Shown here piece by piece: positions 1 through 13,877 of a stretch of DNA of 64,000 bases. The position numbers were made by a program, and so were the translations under genes. Position 1 is the stretch's first letter; each line of letters opens with the position of its first letter. The notes under the pieces were generated by a model that was given only the letters and a program-made list of their open reading frames with translations, had not been told where the DNA came from and made no database searches. The stretch comes from the human T2T-CHM13v2.0 reference genome, Homo sapiens: NCBI RefSeq assembly GCF_009914755.1, contig NC_060931.1. One strand, given 5' to 3'.

Positions 1-599
1 CTTAATTTATCCTCAGAAAATGAGTTTTTCTTTTCTATCACAACATGAGGCTGCAAAGTTTCTGAAATTTTATACTCTGCTTCCCTTTTAGATATAAGTT
101 CTCAATCAAAACCATATCTTTGTGAATACATAAAACTGAAGGCTTTTAAGAGCACCCAAGCCACATATTGAATGCTTTGCTGTTTAGAAATTTTTTCTGC
201 CAGGTGCCCTAAATTATATCTCTCAAGTTCAAAGTTCCACACATCTCTAGAACAGGGGCAAAATGCCACCAGTCTCCTTGCTAAAACATAACAATAGTCA
301 CCTTTATTCCAGTTCCCAACAATTTCCTCGTCTTTATCTGAGACCACCTCAACCTGGACTTCATTGTCCTTATGACTACCAGTATTTTGGTCAAAGCCAT
401 TTAACAAGTCTCTAGGAAGTTCCAAACTTTCCCACATCTTTCTGTCTTCTTCTGGGCCAACCTCTGCCTGTTCCAACCTCTACCTGTCACCCAGTTTCCA
501 AAACTCTTCCAACCTTTTCCTTGTTACCCAGTTTCAAAGTTACTTCCACATTTTCAGGTATCTTTACAGCAGCACCCCACTCTACTGGTACTAATTTAC
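1..599 (-). mobile_element. THE1 internal sequence (ERVL-MaLR), 5' part, running off the window start
   Basis: The reverse complement begins GTAAATTAGTACCAGTAGAGTGGGG directly after the LTR. ORF 102..476 matches the THE1-int translation seen at 24641-25122. Confidence 0.9.
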
Positions 600-966
600 T
601 GTATTGGTCTATTTTCACACTGCTAATAAAGACACACTCAAGGCTGGCTAATTTATAAAGGAAAGCGGCTTAATGAACTCACAGTTCCACATGGCTGGGG
701 AAGCCTCACAATCATGGCAGAAGGCAAAAGAGAAGAAAAGACAGATCTTACATGACAGCAGACAAAAGAGCATGTGCAGGTAAACTCCCCTTTATAAAAC
801 CATCAGATCTCATGAGACTTAGTCACTATCATTGGAACAGCACAGAAAAGAACCGCCCCCCACACCCACTTCAATTACCTTCCACCATGTCCTTGCCATG
901 ACATGTGGGAATTATGGGAGCTATAATCCAAGATGAAATTTGGGTGGACATAGCCAAACCATATCA
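600..966 (-). mobile_element. THE1 5' LTR (THE1B-like)
   Basis: TGTATTGGTC...CCAAACCATATCA is the reverse complement of the THE1 LTR termini TGATATGGTTTGG...TAATACA. Confidence 0.9.
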
Positions 967-2328
967 CATTCTCATTCCAAAAGGGAGAAACTGACCAAAA
1001 TAAATTAGGGGTAATGGTCCTGACACTCAGCAGTGATGGCATTAAATCTAAAAGCTTCAACATAATCCTCAACTCCATGTCCAACATCCTAGTGCTAAGG
1101 CTGGGCTCCCAAGGCCTTGGGAAGGCCCAGTACTATGGCTTTCCAGGGTGCAGATTACATGGCTGCCCTAAAAGTTTGGAATTCAGTATTCATGGCTTTT
1201 CCAGGCAGAGGGTCAAAACTGTAGATGAATTTATCATTCTGGGGTCTAGATAGTGGTGGAATCCTTCCCACAGAGGCAGTAGGAAGTATCCTGGTAAGGA
1301 CACTGAGTGGGGGCTGCAATCCTACATTTCCCTTCAGTATTGCCCTCTACTAGTAGAGTTTCTCTTTTGGGGCTTCACCTGTGTGGCAGGCTTCTGCCTG
1401 GGCACTCAGGCTTTTCCATACCTCCTCTGAAATCTAGGTGGAAACCACCAAGCCTCCTTCACATTTGTATCCTGAACATCTGCAGAGTTAACACCACATG
1501 GAAACTCCCGAGGCTTATAGCTTGCATCCTCTGAAGCAGTGGACCAAACTGTTTCTGGGCCCTTTGTGTCATGGCTGGAGCCAGAGTGGCCAAAACTCAG
1601 GAAGCAGTGTCCCAAGGCTGCACAGGGCAGCAAGGTCCTGGGCCTGGCTCTTCAAACCATTTTCTCTTCCTAGATCTCTGAGGTTGTGATGGGAGGAGCA
1701 GTCTAAAAAAATGCCTTCAAGTTCTTTTTCCCATTGTCTTAGATGTTAACATGTGGCTTCCTTTCAGTTAGCTAATCTCTCTAGCAAGTACTGCTACACA
1801 GCCTACTTCGATTTTTTTATTACCAAATGGCCAGGCTGTAAATTTTTCAAATGTTTCCATTTTTCTTCCCTTTTAAATATAAGTTCCAACTTGAAGTCAT
1901 TTATTTGCTCTCATATATGATCATATGTTGTTAGAAACAGCCATGACAAATCTTGAAAGTTTTGCTGCTAAGAAATTTCTTCCACCAGATACCCTAGGTC
2001 ATCACTCTTAAGTTCAAACTTCCACAGGTCCCTAGCATATGAACACAATGCATCTAAGTTATTTGCTAGGGTGTAACATGGGTGACCTTTACTTCAGTTT
2101 CCAATAACTTCCTCATTTTCACCTGAGACGTTGTCAGCCTGGCCTTCACTGTCCATAATTCTATCAGCATTTTGGTCACAACCATTTAACTAGTCTCCAA
2201 GAAATTCCATACTTTCTCTCATTTTCTTGTCTTCTTCTGAGCCCTTCAAACTCTATCAACCTCTGCCCATTACTTAGTTCCAAAGCCACTTTCACATTTT
2301 CAGGCATCTTATAGCAATGCCCCACTCT
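967..2328 (-). mobile_element. MST internal sequence (ERVL-MaLR), interrupted by the THE1 element
   Basis: MaLR-int similarity: 1800-2320 parallels 30-590. It adjoins an MST LTR. Confidence 0.8.
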
Positions 2329-2746
2329 GTTAGTCCATTTTCCATCTTAGTCCATAAAGAATTACCTGAGACTTGGTCATTTATAAAGAAAAGAAGTTTA
2401 ATTGACTCACATTTCTGCAGGCTGTACAGGAAGCATGGTGACAACATCTGCTTCTGGTAGAGGCCTCGGGAAGCTTACAATCATGGCAGAAAGTGCAGTG
2501 GGAGCAGACACATTACATAGGGAGAGAGAGAGCAAGAGAGAGAGAAAAGAGGTGCCATACACTTTAAACAACCAGATTTCATGTTAACTCACAGCAATAA
2601 CTCACTCATCACCAAGAGGTGGTTCTAAGCCATCCATGAGGCATCTGCCCTCATGATCCAAATACTTCCTACCAGGCCCTACCTCCAATATTGGAGATTA
2701 CATTTCAACATGAGATTTGGAAGAGACAAACATCCAAAACATATGA
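2329..2746 (-). mobile_element. MSTA/MSTB-type LTR
   Basis: Contains CTGCAGGCTGTACAGGAAGCATGG...CATCTGCTTCTGG and ends CAACATGAGATTTGG...CATCCAAAACATA. Confidence 0.85.
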
Positions 2747-3282
2747 GACTATATAAAATATCACTTTTCAAAACGTTCAGAGTAAACACTTACATTTCAA
2801 AGTATCTGAACGATCTAGTTTCATTTTGTTTTATACAAACATATTAGTCAAAAAATTGTACCTCTTCTTTTTAATTTCAAAAAGACAACTATTAATATCT
2901 TGCAGAGAGGATTTTCTACATGACAGTTTTGAATAAATCCTATGCTATCTTTTAAAGGGTATTTTTAAAATTTAACAAGTGGCAAAAATAATATAATGAA
3001 AATGACAAAACATATTACTTTATTCTAATAGTTAATACTTGATAGAGTGGAATGAAAAGTGAGGAGCTCTATCCTATATGTAAAATTATTGAAAATGTTT
3101 ATACTTTAAAACTAACTAATAAAAGCCACATGTCAGAGAAAAGTAATCATCTTTGGTAGTAACCTAGGAGGCTATTAATACATGAGAGTTAAAAGAAATT
3201 ACGGGATATTTAAATCTCTATCCAAAATAACCTGGCAACAACCTTATGAAGGTGGGACATAAATAGGGACATAAACAAAACA

Positions 3283-5640
3283 TTTTGTTTTGTTTAGGAT
3301 TTCTGTACCTATTTTCATGAGTGATGTTAGTCTATAGTTTCCTTCTCTTATAATATCTTTTTCTGGTTTTAATAATAGTCTTGTAAATCAAGCTTAGAAA
3401 TATTCCTGCTTCTATTTTTAAGGAAAAGACTGTATAGAAAGTGCACTATTTCTTCTTTAAATCTTTGGTAAAATTTCCTGTTAAGCCTCCTAGGCCAGGA
3501 GATTTCATTTCCAGAAAATTTTTAACCATGATTCCAAATTATGTAATAGACATACTCTTATTTTGGGTTTCTATTTCTTCTTGAGTTGGTCTTCATATAT
3601 TTTTCTAATTCAAATAATTGGTCCATTTAATCTACTATATCAAAATTATTGGCAATATTGTTTATTCTCTCATTTTATCTCTCATATCTGTGGCATCTGA
3701 AGTGGTGTCCATTCTTTCATTTCTGCTATTAGCTATTCTTACCTACCCTCTTTTTGTCCTGGATCATCTGTAGAGGTTTATCAATTTTAATGATATTTTT
3801 ATGAAGTTATATTTTTGATTCATTGGTTTCTTGTATTATATTCCTGTTTTAATTTTATGTATCCCTCAGTTTAATATTTTCTTCCTTCTGCTTTCTGTGC
3901 ATTAATTTGTTTTTTATATTTTAGGTTCTTGAGGTAAAGCTTATGTTTTTTATTTGAGCCCTTGATTCTCTTCCACTATAAGAAAATAGTGCCATAAATT
4001 TATCTACAAGCAGTGCTTGGGTGCATGATTGTTTTATTTTCTTCAGTTCAAAATAAAGTTTAATTTTCTTTGAAAATTCTTCTTTGTTATTTGGAAGTCT
4101 ATGATTTAATTTACATATATATGGTGATTATCTCAATTTTCTGTAATTAGTATTTTTATTTTAATCATATTTTCATCAGAGAAAATATCTTATAGGATTT
4201 TTATTTATTTTAATTTATTAAGGTTCTTTTATGGCTTAAAATAGGATTTACCTTTGTGAATGTTCCATGTACACTTGAGAAAAAATATATATTTTTCTTT
4301 TGTATGAAGGAATGTTCTATAAATGCCAAGTAGCTCAAATTGAATGATAATGCTTTTTAGTCATTTATATACCTACTGATTTTATGTCTACTTGTTTTGT
4401 CATTTACTGAGATGGTCTACTAATTACTGACTGTGAAAGTCTCCCAATGTAATTGTAGATTTGTGTGTTTCTCCTGTCAGTTCTAACACTTTGCATCTCA
4501 TGCATTTGGATGCTCTGTTATAAAATACACATACATTTAGGATTGGTATAGTTGTAACTTGCTGAAGAATTGATCATTTTAGCGTCTACTTTATCTCTCT
4601 TTATCTCTGATAATCTTTCTTTTCCTGAAGGCTGCTTTGTTTTAAATTAACATACCTACTCCAGCTTTCTTTTGATTACTGCCTGCATAGCATATCTTTC
4701 ACAATCATTTTACTTTTAATCTACCTGTAACTTCTAGCTTAGTATGTGTTTCTTGAAGGCAGCATATAGTAGAATCTTGTTGTTATTGTTTCATCTAATT
4801 ATCCAACCTCTGTCATTTAATTGTGATATAAAGATTTTGTATTTAAAGTAATTATTATAATGAATGAATTCAAGTCTAGTATATATTTTTCTGCCTTCTC
4901 AGAGGTTAATTTAATATTTTATGATTATATTTTATCTTCACTTTTGATTTATTATTGATACATTTTTAAAATGTTTAAATGCATGCCCCAGGGTAATCAA
5001 TCTATATCTTTACTATTAAAGTGATTAACATACAGTTTTAAGTTTCTTAAAACTGCACATTCCCAATTTTTTCCTCCCATCATTTTTGCAATTATTGCTG
5101 TAACTTTAATTTTATCACACTAAAAACACAAAGTACTTTGCTGCTATTTTTGTTTTAGATAGTCTGTTATCTTTTAAAGCAAGTAAATAATAAAATAAAT
5201 TTTATGTTTCCATCATTTATTTTAATTCCAGTGTTTATCACCTATCATGTGTATGTCTACATGTTTAAATTCAAGGCTCTGTAGAGTATATTTCTTATGC
5301 CTAAAAAGAAAACATTAATTAAAATTTCTGTAGCAGAAGTCAGGTAGAAGTTAATTATCTTAACTTTAATTTGGCTAAGAAAATCTATATTTCAGTTTCC
5401 TTTTAAAATTATAGTTTAACTGGATAGAGAATTCTGGGTTGGCCGAATTTTGATTGCTCTCAGCACTTTAATGGGTTACTTCAATATATTTCACGATTTT
5501 TGACAAGAAGTCACTTACATTTCTTACCTTTATATCTCTCAACGTAATATATTATTTTCTTTGGGTTACTTCAAGGTATTTCTTTTGATTTTAGCTGCTT
5601 AAATGAATAAGATAAGAATAAGATATGTCTAGAGATGTTT
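3283..5640 (-). mobile_element. Old L1M, degraded ORF2/inter-ORF region
   Basis: T-rich antisense L1 motifs such as GTGAATGTTCCATGTACACTTGAGAAAA and GGATAGAGAATTCTGGGTTG. Confidence 0.75.
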
Positions 5641-5678
5641 GTGTGTGTGTATGTGTGTGTGTATGTGTGTGTGTGTGT
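5639..5678. repeat. (TG)n microsatellite, interrupted
   Basis: Read directly from the sequence. Confidence 0.95.
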
Positions 5679-5739
5679 CTTGCTTGGTGATCTCTGAGCT
5701 TTATGATTCTGTCATTCAGTGTCAGTCATTTAAAAATTT

Positions 5740-6298
5740 ATGTATGTGTGTATGTATGTATGTATGTATTTAATTTCATTATAGGTTCAGGTTATACCTG
5801 TGCAGGTTTGTTACAAAGGTATATTGTGTGATGCTGAGGACTGGAGTACAAATGAATCCATCTCTCTGGCAGTGCATATAGTCCCCATTAGGCAGCTTTT
5901 CGCTCTTTATCCTTACCCTCTTGCCCAAGTCTTGTATTCCTCACTCTCTATTGCTGCTGCCTTTACGTCCATGTATACTCAGTAATGTTTATCTCTGGCT
6001 TATAAGTGAGAACATCAGGTATTTGATTTTCTGTTTCTCTGTTAGTTTGTTTAGAATAATGGCCACCAGCTGCATCCATGTTGCTATAAAGGATATATTT
6101 TTTCTTTCTTATGGCTGTTTAGTGTTCCATAGTTTATATGTACTACATTTTCTTTATCCATTTCAGAGTTGATGGGCACTTAGGTTGATTTCACATCCTT
6201 GCTATTATGAATACCACTGTGATGAACATACAGATGTAAGTATCTTTTTGGTAGAATGACTTGTTTTCCTTTGAATATATACCCAGTAATAAAATTTG
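5740..6298 (-). mobile_element. L1PA13-16-type 3' end, with the tail converted to (TATG)n
   Basis: GTGCAGGTTTGTTACAAAGGTATATTGTGTGATGCTGAGG and TTATAAGTGAGAACATC...ATACCCAGTAAT. Confidence 0.85.
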
Positions 6299-9200
6299 CT
6301 AAGTCTTTAAAGTGAGTGTTAGAGTTAATTTGGTCTATCAATGCCTTGTATTTAGGATAGAGTCTACTTTGCCAGAGAGGATTTTTTTCAAGGTCTATTC
6401 CACCCTCAGTTTTAGGTCTTCACTTTGGGTTACACCTTAGAGAGAGTTTATTTACTTACTTTTGCAACTTTCACAGAAATATTATATTATTACCTATTAC
6501 TCAACACTTATTAGCCTGTTGTTGGGGAGTGGAAGTATTCTGATTTTCTGACAAAGCATGAATCTACTGGATCTCCTGGGCTTGGGAGTATGACCTTCTT
6601 AATTCTTCTTCTACTTTCACACCTGTAGATATGTGTCCTGCACTTCCTTCAGAGATGGATAGAATTTTTTCTCTCCTTTCCCTCAGCTGCACTGGATTTC
6701 CACCAGTTTCCTAAGCATGTCAGTGTTTATCTTTCTTTCCTCCAGAGATTAAGTTAGTTTCACAGCTTAGATAAGGGATGTTCTTGGGTGGAGTTTCAAG
6801 CCTATATCCTCATGGCCACTGTCTCCCTCTACCAAGCTTATGTCATGGTTTCTTAAATCTTGCTACATTTTCTTCTTAGCTCCTGGTGGAATCTGTATAG
6901 GAAGGCCTAGTAAACTGTGAAAGGCTGCTATATCTGTGGCTTCTAGGTCTTTTATTTTCTTTTACCAGTTCACAATAAACTTCCACTAATGTGTTAACTT
7001 TTATAGCTAAATTCTTATCCATGCTTGACTGTGTCTTCTCGATTAAGTGATCATATTCAGCTCCTTCCTGCAGGTGATTTCTTCTTATATTTTGGGCCGG
7101 CTGGTTGTCCTGCACTTCCCTTCTCAAAAAATGTATAATAATTTTTATTTGATAGTGTGGAAAAGTCTAAATTAACATAAAGTGAATGGGTTATTATCCA
7201 ATGAAAAAAGATTACTAATTAGCGATTGTTATAATTAATAAATTGTTGGGACTTGTCACTTACCATTCAAATTTTTAAAAAACAAGTGATTAGTTTGATA
7301 TGCACTCTTGAATGACAGAGGAAGGTGTTCTTCATTGGCCTAATGTAGAACTATATTTTTATTTTGGGGGTTTTTCTTGTTGCTACTATGTGATTGGTTT
7401 TTTAATTTTGCATTTTTCTACATTCTATTTGGAAGTTAAAGTTCACATTAGTTTAAAAAGAGCAAAAAAGGACTCTATTAAGCCACGTGGTTGCTAGCTA
7501 GATACTGAATATAATTTTCCTGGTTTTTTTTTTTTGAAAAAATGCTTTTTTTTCTTAATACCATTCATTAATTTAAAACGAAGATAAGCAACTTCAAGAA
7601 ATTTAGCCACATTCACAACCAAAATAGCCATTGATCAATGGAAGCTAAGCAAATATTTATCTGCTATGTCTTTCCAAATTTTATTTCCTACTTGTGTAGA
7701 TAAGCTAAGTATATTTATAAAGGGAAAACTCTAAACTTCCCTCAGTTAAGAGCTCCTTGACATGCTCAATGTCACACTGCATAATATTGGCACTCAAAAT
7801 AGAGATGGTTTTTAATGGCTCTTTAAGACATTGCTAATAATAAGAGGAAATGTGGAAAAGCAAGTTCTACATAACACAATTAGTATCTTCATTCTTTTCT
7901 GAAAAGAAAAATTTCCAAATACCTTTTAAAAAGAACATATAGCTATATCTCTGATACCCAGCTCATGATAGACTAGTTGACTATTCAAGAAGGACATGGA
8001 GAAAAGAAGAGGGAAATGCATTCTTTCAAGATTGCTCAGTTAGAATAGAATTTATAATATAATATTACTGCTGCAATTAATTGATCTTTCACTTTGAGGG
8101 ACAAAAAAGTGAACAGCTGATTAATAGAGCAATGATATTCTTAGTACTCTTTTAGACAATAGCTCTAATCTTCTTATTGAATTCACTGAGATAAAATGGA
8201 AATATGTTCTATGCTGAATGGTACCAATGTTACATAAAGAGGATTAGATTTGATTGCAAGGCTAAAATATATGGTGTTTTAGAAATAAATCTCTTTGGTT
8301 CTTACATTCCTAAATGAAAAAATAATTCTTTTTTTAAAAAAAGTTAAATAATATATGTTAAGTATGATGAGGTAGGAAATTGGAAAACATAAGGGAATTG
8401 AAAAAAATTGATCATAAATTATTATGGTTAATTTGTGTTTACTTATTGTAACATTGTAAAAACTAGTATTTGATTACTTTAGACACTTTTCTAGAGTTTA
8501 GTGTTTTGGAAAAGAAATTAAGCCGCCAACTCACAAGTGGAATTTAATAATAGCAAGTATCATTTATTAGTTTTACTGTGTACCAGGGACTAGGTGAAGA
8601 GCTTCATATGCATTATCCCATTGATATCAAATGTTTAATATTCATTAATTACTTTTTCATGTGGCTAGGGTCACAGTAAATGACAAAGTTATTTATGGCA
8701 ATGGGGAGATATATAGATAATAAGTAGGTGGGAAGAAATGTTGAGAAAGTCAGCAATCTTTCAAGATGCCTAAAGAATTTCTTTTTTCTTTTTACATAAA
8801 AATATGGATTGTTGGGGAAAATTGTCATCTTGTAATACAAAAAACTTATTTCTTAAAACAATTGCATAAATAACCTAAGGTAAAACAAATTCTCCAGTAT
8901 TTTTGAAAAAAATAAAGATTATGTTTAGCTTTAATATGTTATATTTACACAACTAATGACTTGATTCCAAATCTATTACATTTTAAAATTAAATAAATAT
9001 GATAGACAAAACATTATTTGTGATATGGGAAAATATTATAAAAGTACTCCAGTTCTTTTGAAATAAATTCACTCATCACTTCTTTTAGAATAACTTTGAT
9101 GGGTTCTGAGTAGTTACAGAATAGTAGTCTCAAGAAGAATTTTCAGTTTGGGAAGCTGAAGGTGAACATGATGAATACATGAAAAATCTTATAACTACTC

Positions 9201-10389
9201 AAGATATATCACAAGTGAGAATGTAAGAGACTACTAAATGCTAAATGCTAATGTCCAGGCAGAGAGTGCTGGAGTTTCTGGACCAGTCACTAGGTGCTTC
9301 ATAGTAAAGGAAGTCAAAGTAAGTTTCAATGTAGGTAAGAGGAGAAAATAAAGGCATTGTTCTATTTCAGGGACAGGGCCATATGATTATAAACATTGCA
9401 TTTTATTTTTCTCAAGGTTCTTCATTGTAGTAAACATATTTGAAAATCTGTTTGCTACTCAATTTATTTTTAAATAAATGGAGCTATATAAGTTTACTGT
9501 GGGTATCATTCGATATTAAATAAAGAACTTTTTAAAAATACTCATTTCTAATGGATTATTTTGTTTTGTAAAAAATAATTGGAGCAAGCTCAATTAAAAT
9601 TATACCAGTTTCCTTGTTTTAAAGAAATGTGATTTTTATGTACAAGGTATGTAGCTTGGCAGTTACCTTGATCCTTCAATATTTGCCATAAGTCATAAAA
9701 TTTACATGCCATTCTTAGTTCATTATTAAATTCACATAATTTCCAGCTCATACACTAAGTGTTTTTGCTATTTCCATTTAATTTCAAGAACTACATAAAG
9801 CACAAAGTTTGAAATCGTGTCTAAACTAAAGTGGGAAAATTATTTTAGCTATAAAGTAGACATACTGGGTAAATAGGAGAACAAAAATATCTTATTAAGA
9901 ACATATTCAAATTGGTTTATGGGCACACTAGTCTTAGAAGCTCTGTCCAATTAAGGAAAGAAACTGATTATAAGCATTTGTTCTCTCATTTGAATTATCT
10001 GGATATCAGAACCATATAATACAGAACTATTTTTTCCTGTTCTCCCTTTCTGTAATTGAGAATTGATTGACATTGAGAAAAGAGCTTGTATAGTCCATAT
10101 CACAAGGGGAGAAAACAAATAAAATTATAATTTCCTAATTAAATGAATAAAATCATATTGGAACGTCAACCAAAATGTCCTATTTCCAGAGCAGCCAATA
10201 AAATGATGAAAGTAGAAAAGGAGATAATATGCAATCCAATGTTAACTTCTCAGAGCTAGAAAGCAAAGCTTTATTTGCAAAAAGAAAAGAATTGTGGGGC
10301 TTCAATATTTGATATTTTCTTGTTTTATTCATACTCTAATCAGACATAGATAAACATGAAAAGTTACATGGAAAAATTAAAGTCAACAT

Positions 10390-11730
10390 CATTTGTTTGT
10401 CATCTGATATATATTGTGCATTGCCTTGTACTTGGTGTTACAAATACAGAGATGAAAAAGCATGGTCCATGTCCCTTAGGAAATTAGTAGAGTAAATACG
10501 GAAAACTGTTCAAGTTGCCACTGTATCATCTATATTTCATATTATCCTCAGAACCCTAAATAAATCTAACTGCTGCATGATAGGAAAAATGAGGGAGAGG
10601 GAAACTGCAATAAATGAGGTGATAGTATAGTAGGAAACTGACATTAAGGAATTGAGTAGAACATAAGCAATGAGAAAGAGACATCTGTGTGAAGAATTAA
10701 GAGAAGTAGCGAGAACAGCAAGGTCAGAGGTCCCCATGAGTAACAATCTTAAGATAGCCAGGGGAAAAAAAGCAGAACAGTATAGCAGGTAGAGCATTAG
10801 CTGAGGGTGGGATGAGACGAGATCTGAGAGGTAAGCAGGGGTCAGCCTTTGTGGGACCTTGGAGGCCATGAAAAGCAGTTTGGATGTTATTCAAAGGGTT
10901 AAAGGTTGCCTTCTTCAAAAATGACACTAACTGTAGTGTGGGAAGGTATTCTGGGAGAAATGTGAAGGCAGGCATATCAGTTGAAGCTGTATTGCCTTTA
11001 ATCTGCTATAATCGGTCCAGACAGCACAGCTTATCTTGTGATAACAAACACCACTGACATCCCAGTGACTGGCAATGACAAAAGCTTATTTTTCACTCTA
11101 CACATCATTTCTATTGTGGATTGGCTGAAGTTTCTGCCATATGTTGTCACTATCCTCAGGCTGGGATCAAGGCTGATGAAACATCCATTCTCTGGAACAT
11201 TCTCATTGACTATTTCCTAGCAGAAAAAGACTGGGTAAAGCATAGACGTCCCTTAAAGTTATTGCTAGGAAATGGCAAGTCTCACCTCTGCTCACAGCAC
11301 ATTTGCCAAAGCAGTTCTATGGCCAAACCTGATGTCAGTGGTGTTGAGATGTATAATTCTCCCCTAGGTTAAAGAAATGGCTATTGATGAATAATAGTAT
11401 TTTGTACTGCACCAAACAAGAAGAGGTGGTGGCGTTTTTGACTAAGGTAATGACAGTTAATAGAAATAAGTTGAAATATTACAGATATGTATTTCAGGCT
11501 AGAAATAATAGAACTTGATGAATTGAATATGAGGATAGAAGAAACTGGCAGACTCAAGAATAAAGTTTTTGGCATGAATTACTTATGAAAATGTTAGTAG
11601 GTTTATTAACTGGGATGGGGAAGAATTAGGGACAAGATGAGGAAAAAACTAGAACATATTAGTGGGATTGCAGAATTAATAGTATACAGGAAGTAACATG
11701 TAAGTGCGGAGCTAAGGAAGATTAGAGCTG
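10390..11730 (-). mobile_element. L2 LINE fragments, interrupted by an MLT1 LTR
   Basis: Antisense L2 3'-end-like ACAAATACAGAGATGAAAAAGCATGGTCCATGTCCC and a purine-rich L2 body. Confidence 0.6.
11000..11412 (-). mobile_element. Old MLT1-class LTR (MLT1I/J/K-like)
   Basis: GCTCACAGCACATTTGCCAAAGCAGTTCTATGGCCAAACCTGATGTCA and AGGCTGATGAAACATCCATTCTCTGGAACATT. Confidence 0.65.
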
Positions 11731-13466
11731 AATATATATATATATAAATATTCAGCCCTATTATATATGTATGTGTGTGTGTGTGTGTGTAGAACTGGGT
11801 GTGTTACTAAAGAAGACAGTTCATATAGATAAGAGAAAAGGGATCAGAAAAAATGTCCCAAAGCACGTACAATGTACAATTACAGATAAGGCACAAGATG
11901 AACAACTATAAAAAGAAAACCATGTTGTAGTCCTTAGTTTGGAAGGATGAAAGCAAAGGATAACCAAGAGAAAAGTGTGTCAGACCACCCTTACAAGAAA
12001 TGCTCAAAGGAATTGTAAACGTGGAAATGAAAGAGCAATACTTGCCATCATGAAAACACACAGATTTCATAAAGCAACCACATAATTTAGATTTCAAAGC
12101 AACTAAGGAACAACTAACACCAGGAAAGGAACAAAACCTCACATGTATCAGTATTAACCTTGAATGGAGCTGACTAAATGCTTCACCAAAAAGATATAGA
12201 TGGGCAAAGTGAATTTAAAAACCAGATCCAACCATAGGCTTATTACAAGAAACCCACCTAACAGATACAGACTCAAAGAAAAGGGGCAGAAAAAGATACT
12301 CCATGCAAACAGAAAAGAAAACTGAGCAGAAGTCACTATACTTACATCAGATAAAACAGATTTTAAAACAACAACAGTAAAAAAAATACATATAGACAGT
12401 CATTATGTAATGATAAAGGGATCAATTGAACAAGAAGATGTAACAATCCTAAATATATATGTGCCCAATACTAGAACACCCAGATAGAAAAAAAGAAACA
12501 AAAACACCACTGCTGGACCCAAGAACATATTGAAAATATTTAAACATCAGTAAAATGACAGTGGGGTATTTCAACACCTAACTCACAGCACTAAACAGAT
12601 CATAAGACAGAAAATCAACAAAGAAACTCTGGATTTAATTGGACTGTAAACCAAATGAACCCAAAAGACATTTATAGAACACTGTACCTATCAACCACAG
12701 AACACCCATTATTTTCATGTGTGCATGGAACACTTTCAAAAATTGAACATATGCTAACCACAATTCAAATATCAATAAACTTTTAAAAATTGAAATCATA
12801 TCAATTATCTTCTCAGACCACAGTTAAATAAAACTGGAAATCAATACCAAGAAGAACTCTCTCACAACTGTTATATGCATATGTGTAAATTAAACAATCT
12901 GATTATGAATGCTCTTTAGATAAAAAATGAAATTAGGTAGAAATACAAAATTTTAAAAACAAATGAAAATAGAGACAAAGAATACCAAAACGTCTGAGAT
13001 ACAGCAAAAGCAGGACTCTATTTTATAGCATTAAATGTCTATGTCAAAAAGATGAAAAGATCTCAAATTAAGAACCAAATGTCCCACCTCAAGGGACTAG
13101 AAAAATAAAAACAAACCCAATCCAAAGCAACCAGAGAAAATAAATAACAAAGATCAGAGCAGAACTAAATGAAACTGAGACCAATAAAAAACAAAGAATC
13201 AATAGAATGAAAAGTTGCTTCTTTGAAAAGATAAATGAAATTGTCAGACTGCTAACTAGACTAATGAAGAAGAAAAGAGAAATTTTTAAATAGGTAGTAG
13301 CAGAAATTATAAAGGTGAAATTACAACTGATACCAGAGAAATAGAAAAGATTTTCGGAGACTACTGTAAGCATCTCCACATGGACAAACAAGAAAACCTA
13401 GAGGAAACTGGTAAATTTCAGGAAAGATACAGCCTCCCAAGACTGAACGATGAAGAAAGAGAAATA

Positions 13467-13877
13467 AATGTCTAACAATGATAGATTGGATGAAGATAAT
13501 GTGGCACATATACACCGTGGAATACTATGCAGCCATAAAAAATGATGAGTTCATGTCCTTTGTAGGGACATGGATGAAGCCAGAAACCATCATTCTCAGC
13601 AAACTATCACAAGGACAAAAAACCAAACACTGCATGTTCTCCCTCATAGGTGGGAATTGAACAATGAGAACACTTGGACACAGGAAGGGGAACATCACAC
13701 ACCAGGGCCTGTTGTGGGGTGGGGGGAGGGGGAGGGATAGCATTAGGAGATATACCTAATGTAAATGACGAGTTAATGGGTGAAGCACACCAACATGGCA
13801 CATGTATACATATGTAACAAAACTGCATATTGTGCACATGTACCCTAGAACTTAAAGTATAATAAAAAAAATTTAAA
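13467..13877 (+). mobile_element. 5'-truncated L1PA4/5-type 3' end inserted in the older L1
   Basis: Young L1PA 3' UTR with G-tract and CTTAAAGTATAATAAAA tail. TSD AAGAAAGAGAAA(T/C)A at 13453-13466 and 13878-13891. Confidence 0.93.

Noticed and set aside
102-476. 124-aa ORF similar to ORFs at 24641-25122
   Set aside because: It is the disrupted remnant of the known MaLR/THE1 internal ORF, and the similarity reflects the shared repeat family.
6300-7125. Possible L1M 5' region or ORF 6876..7127
   Set aside because: Too degraded to assign, and I recognise no protein motif.
9148-9215. Possible + strand exon (TTTTCAG|...CAA|GTGAGA; open frame WEAEGEHDEYMKNLITTQDISQ)
   Set aside because: The pyrimidine tract is short and the donor weak, with no recognisable homology or partner exons.
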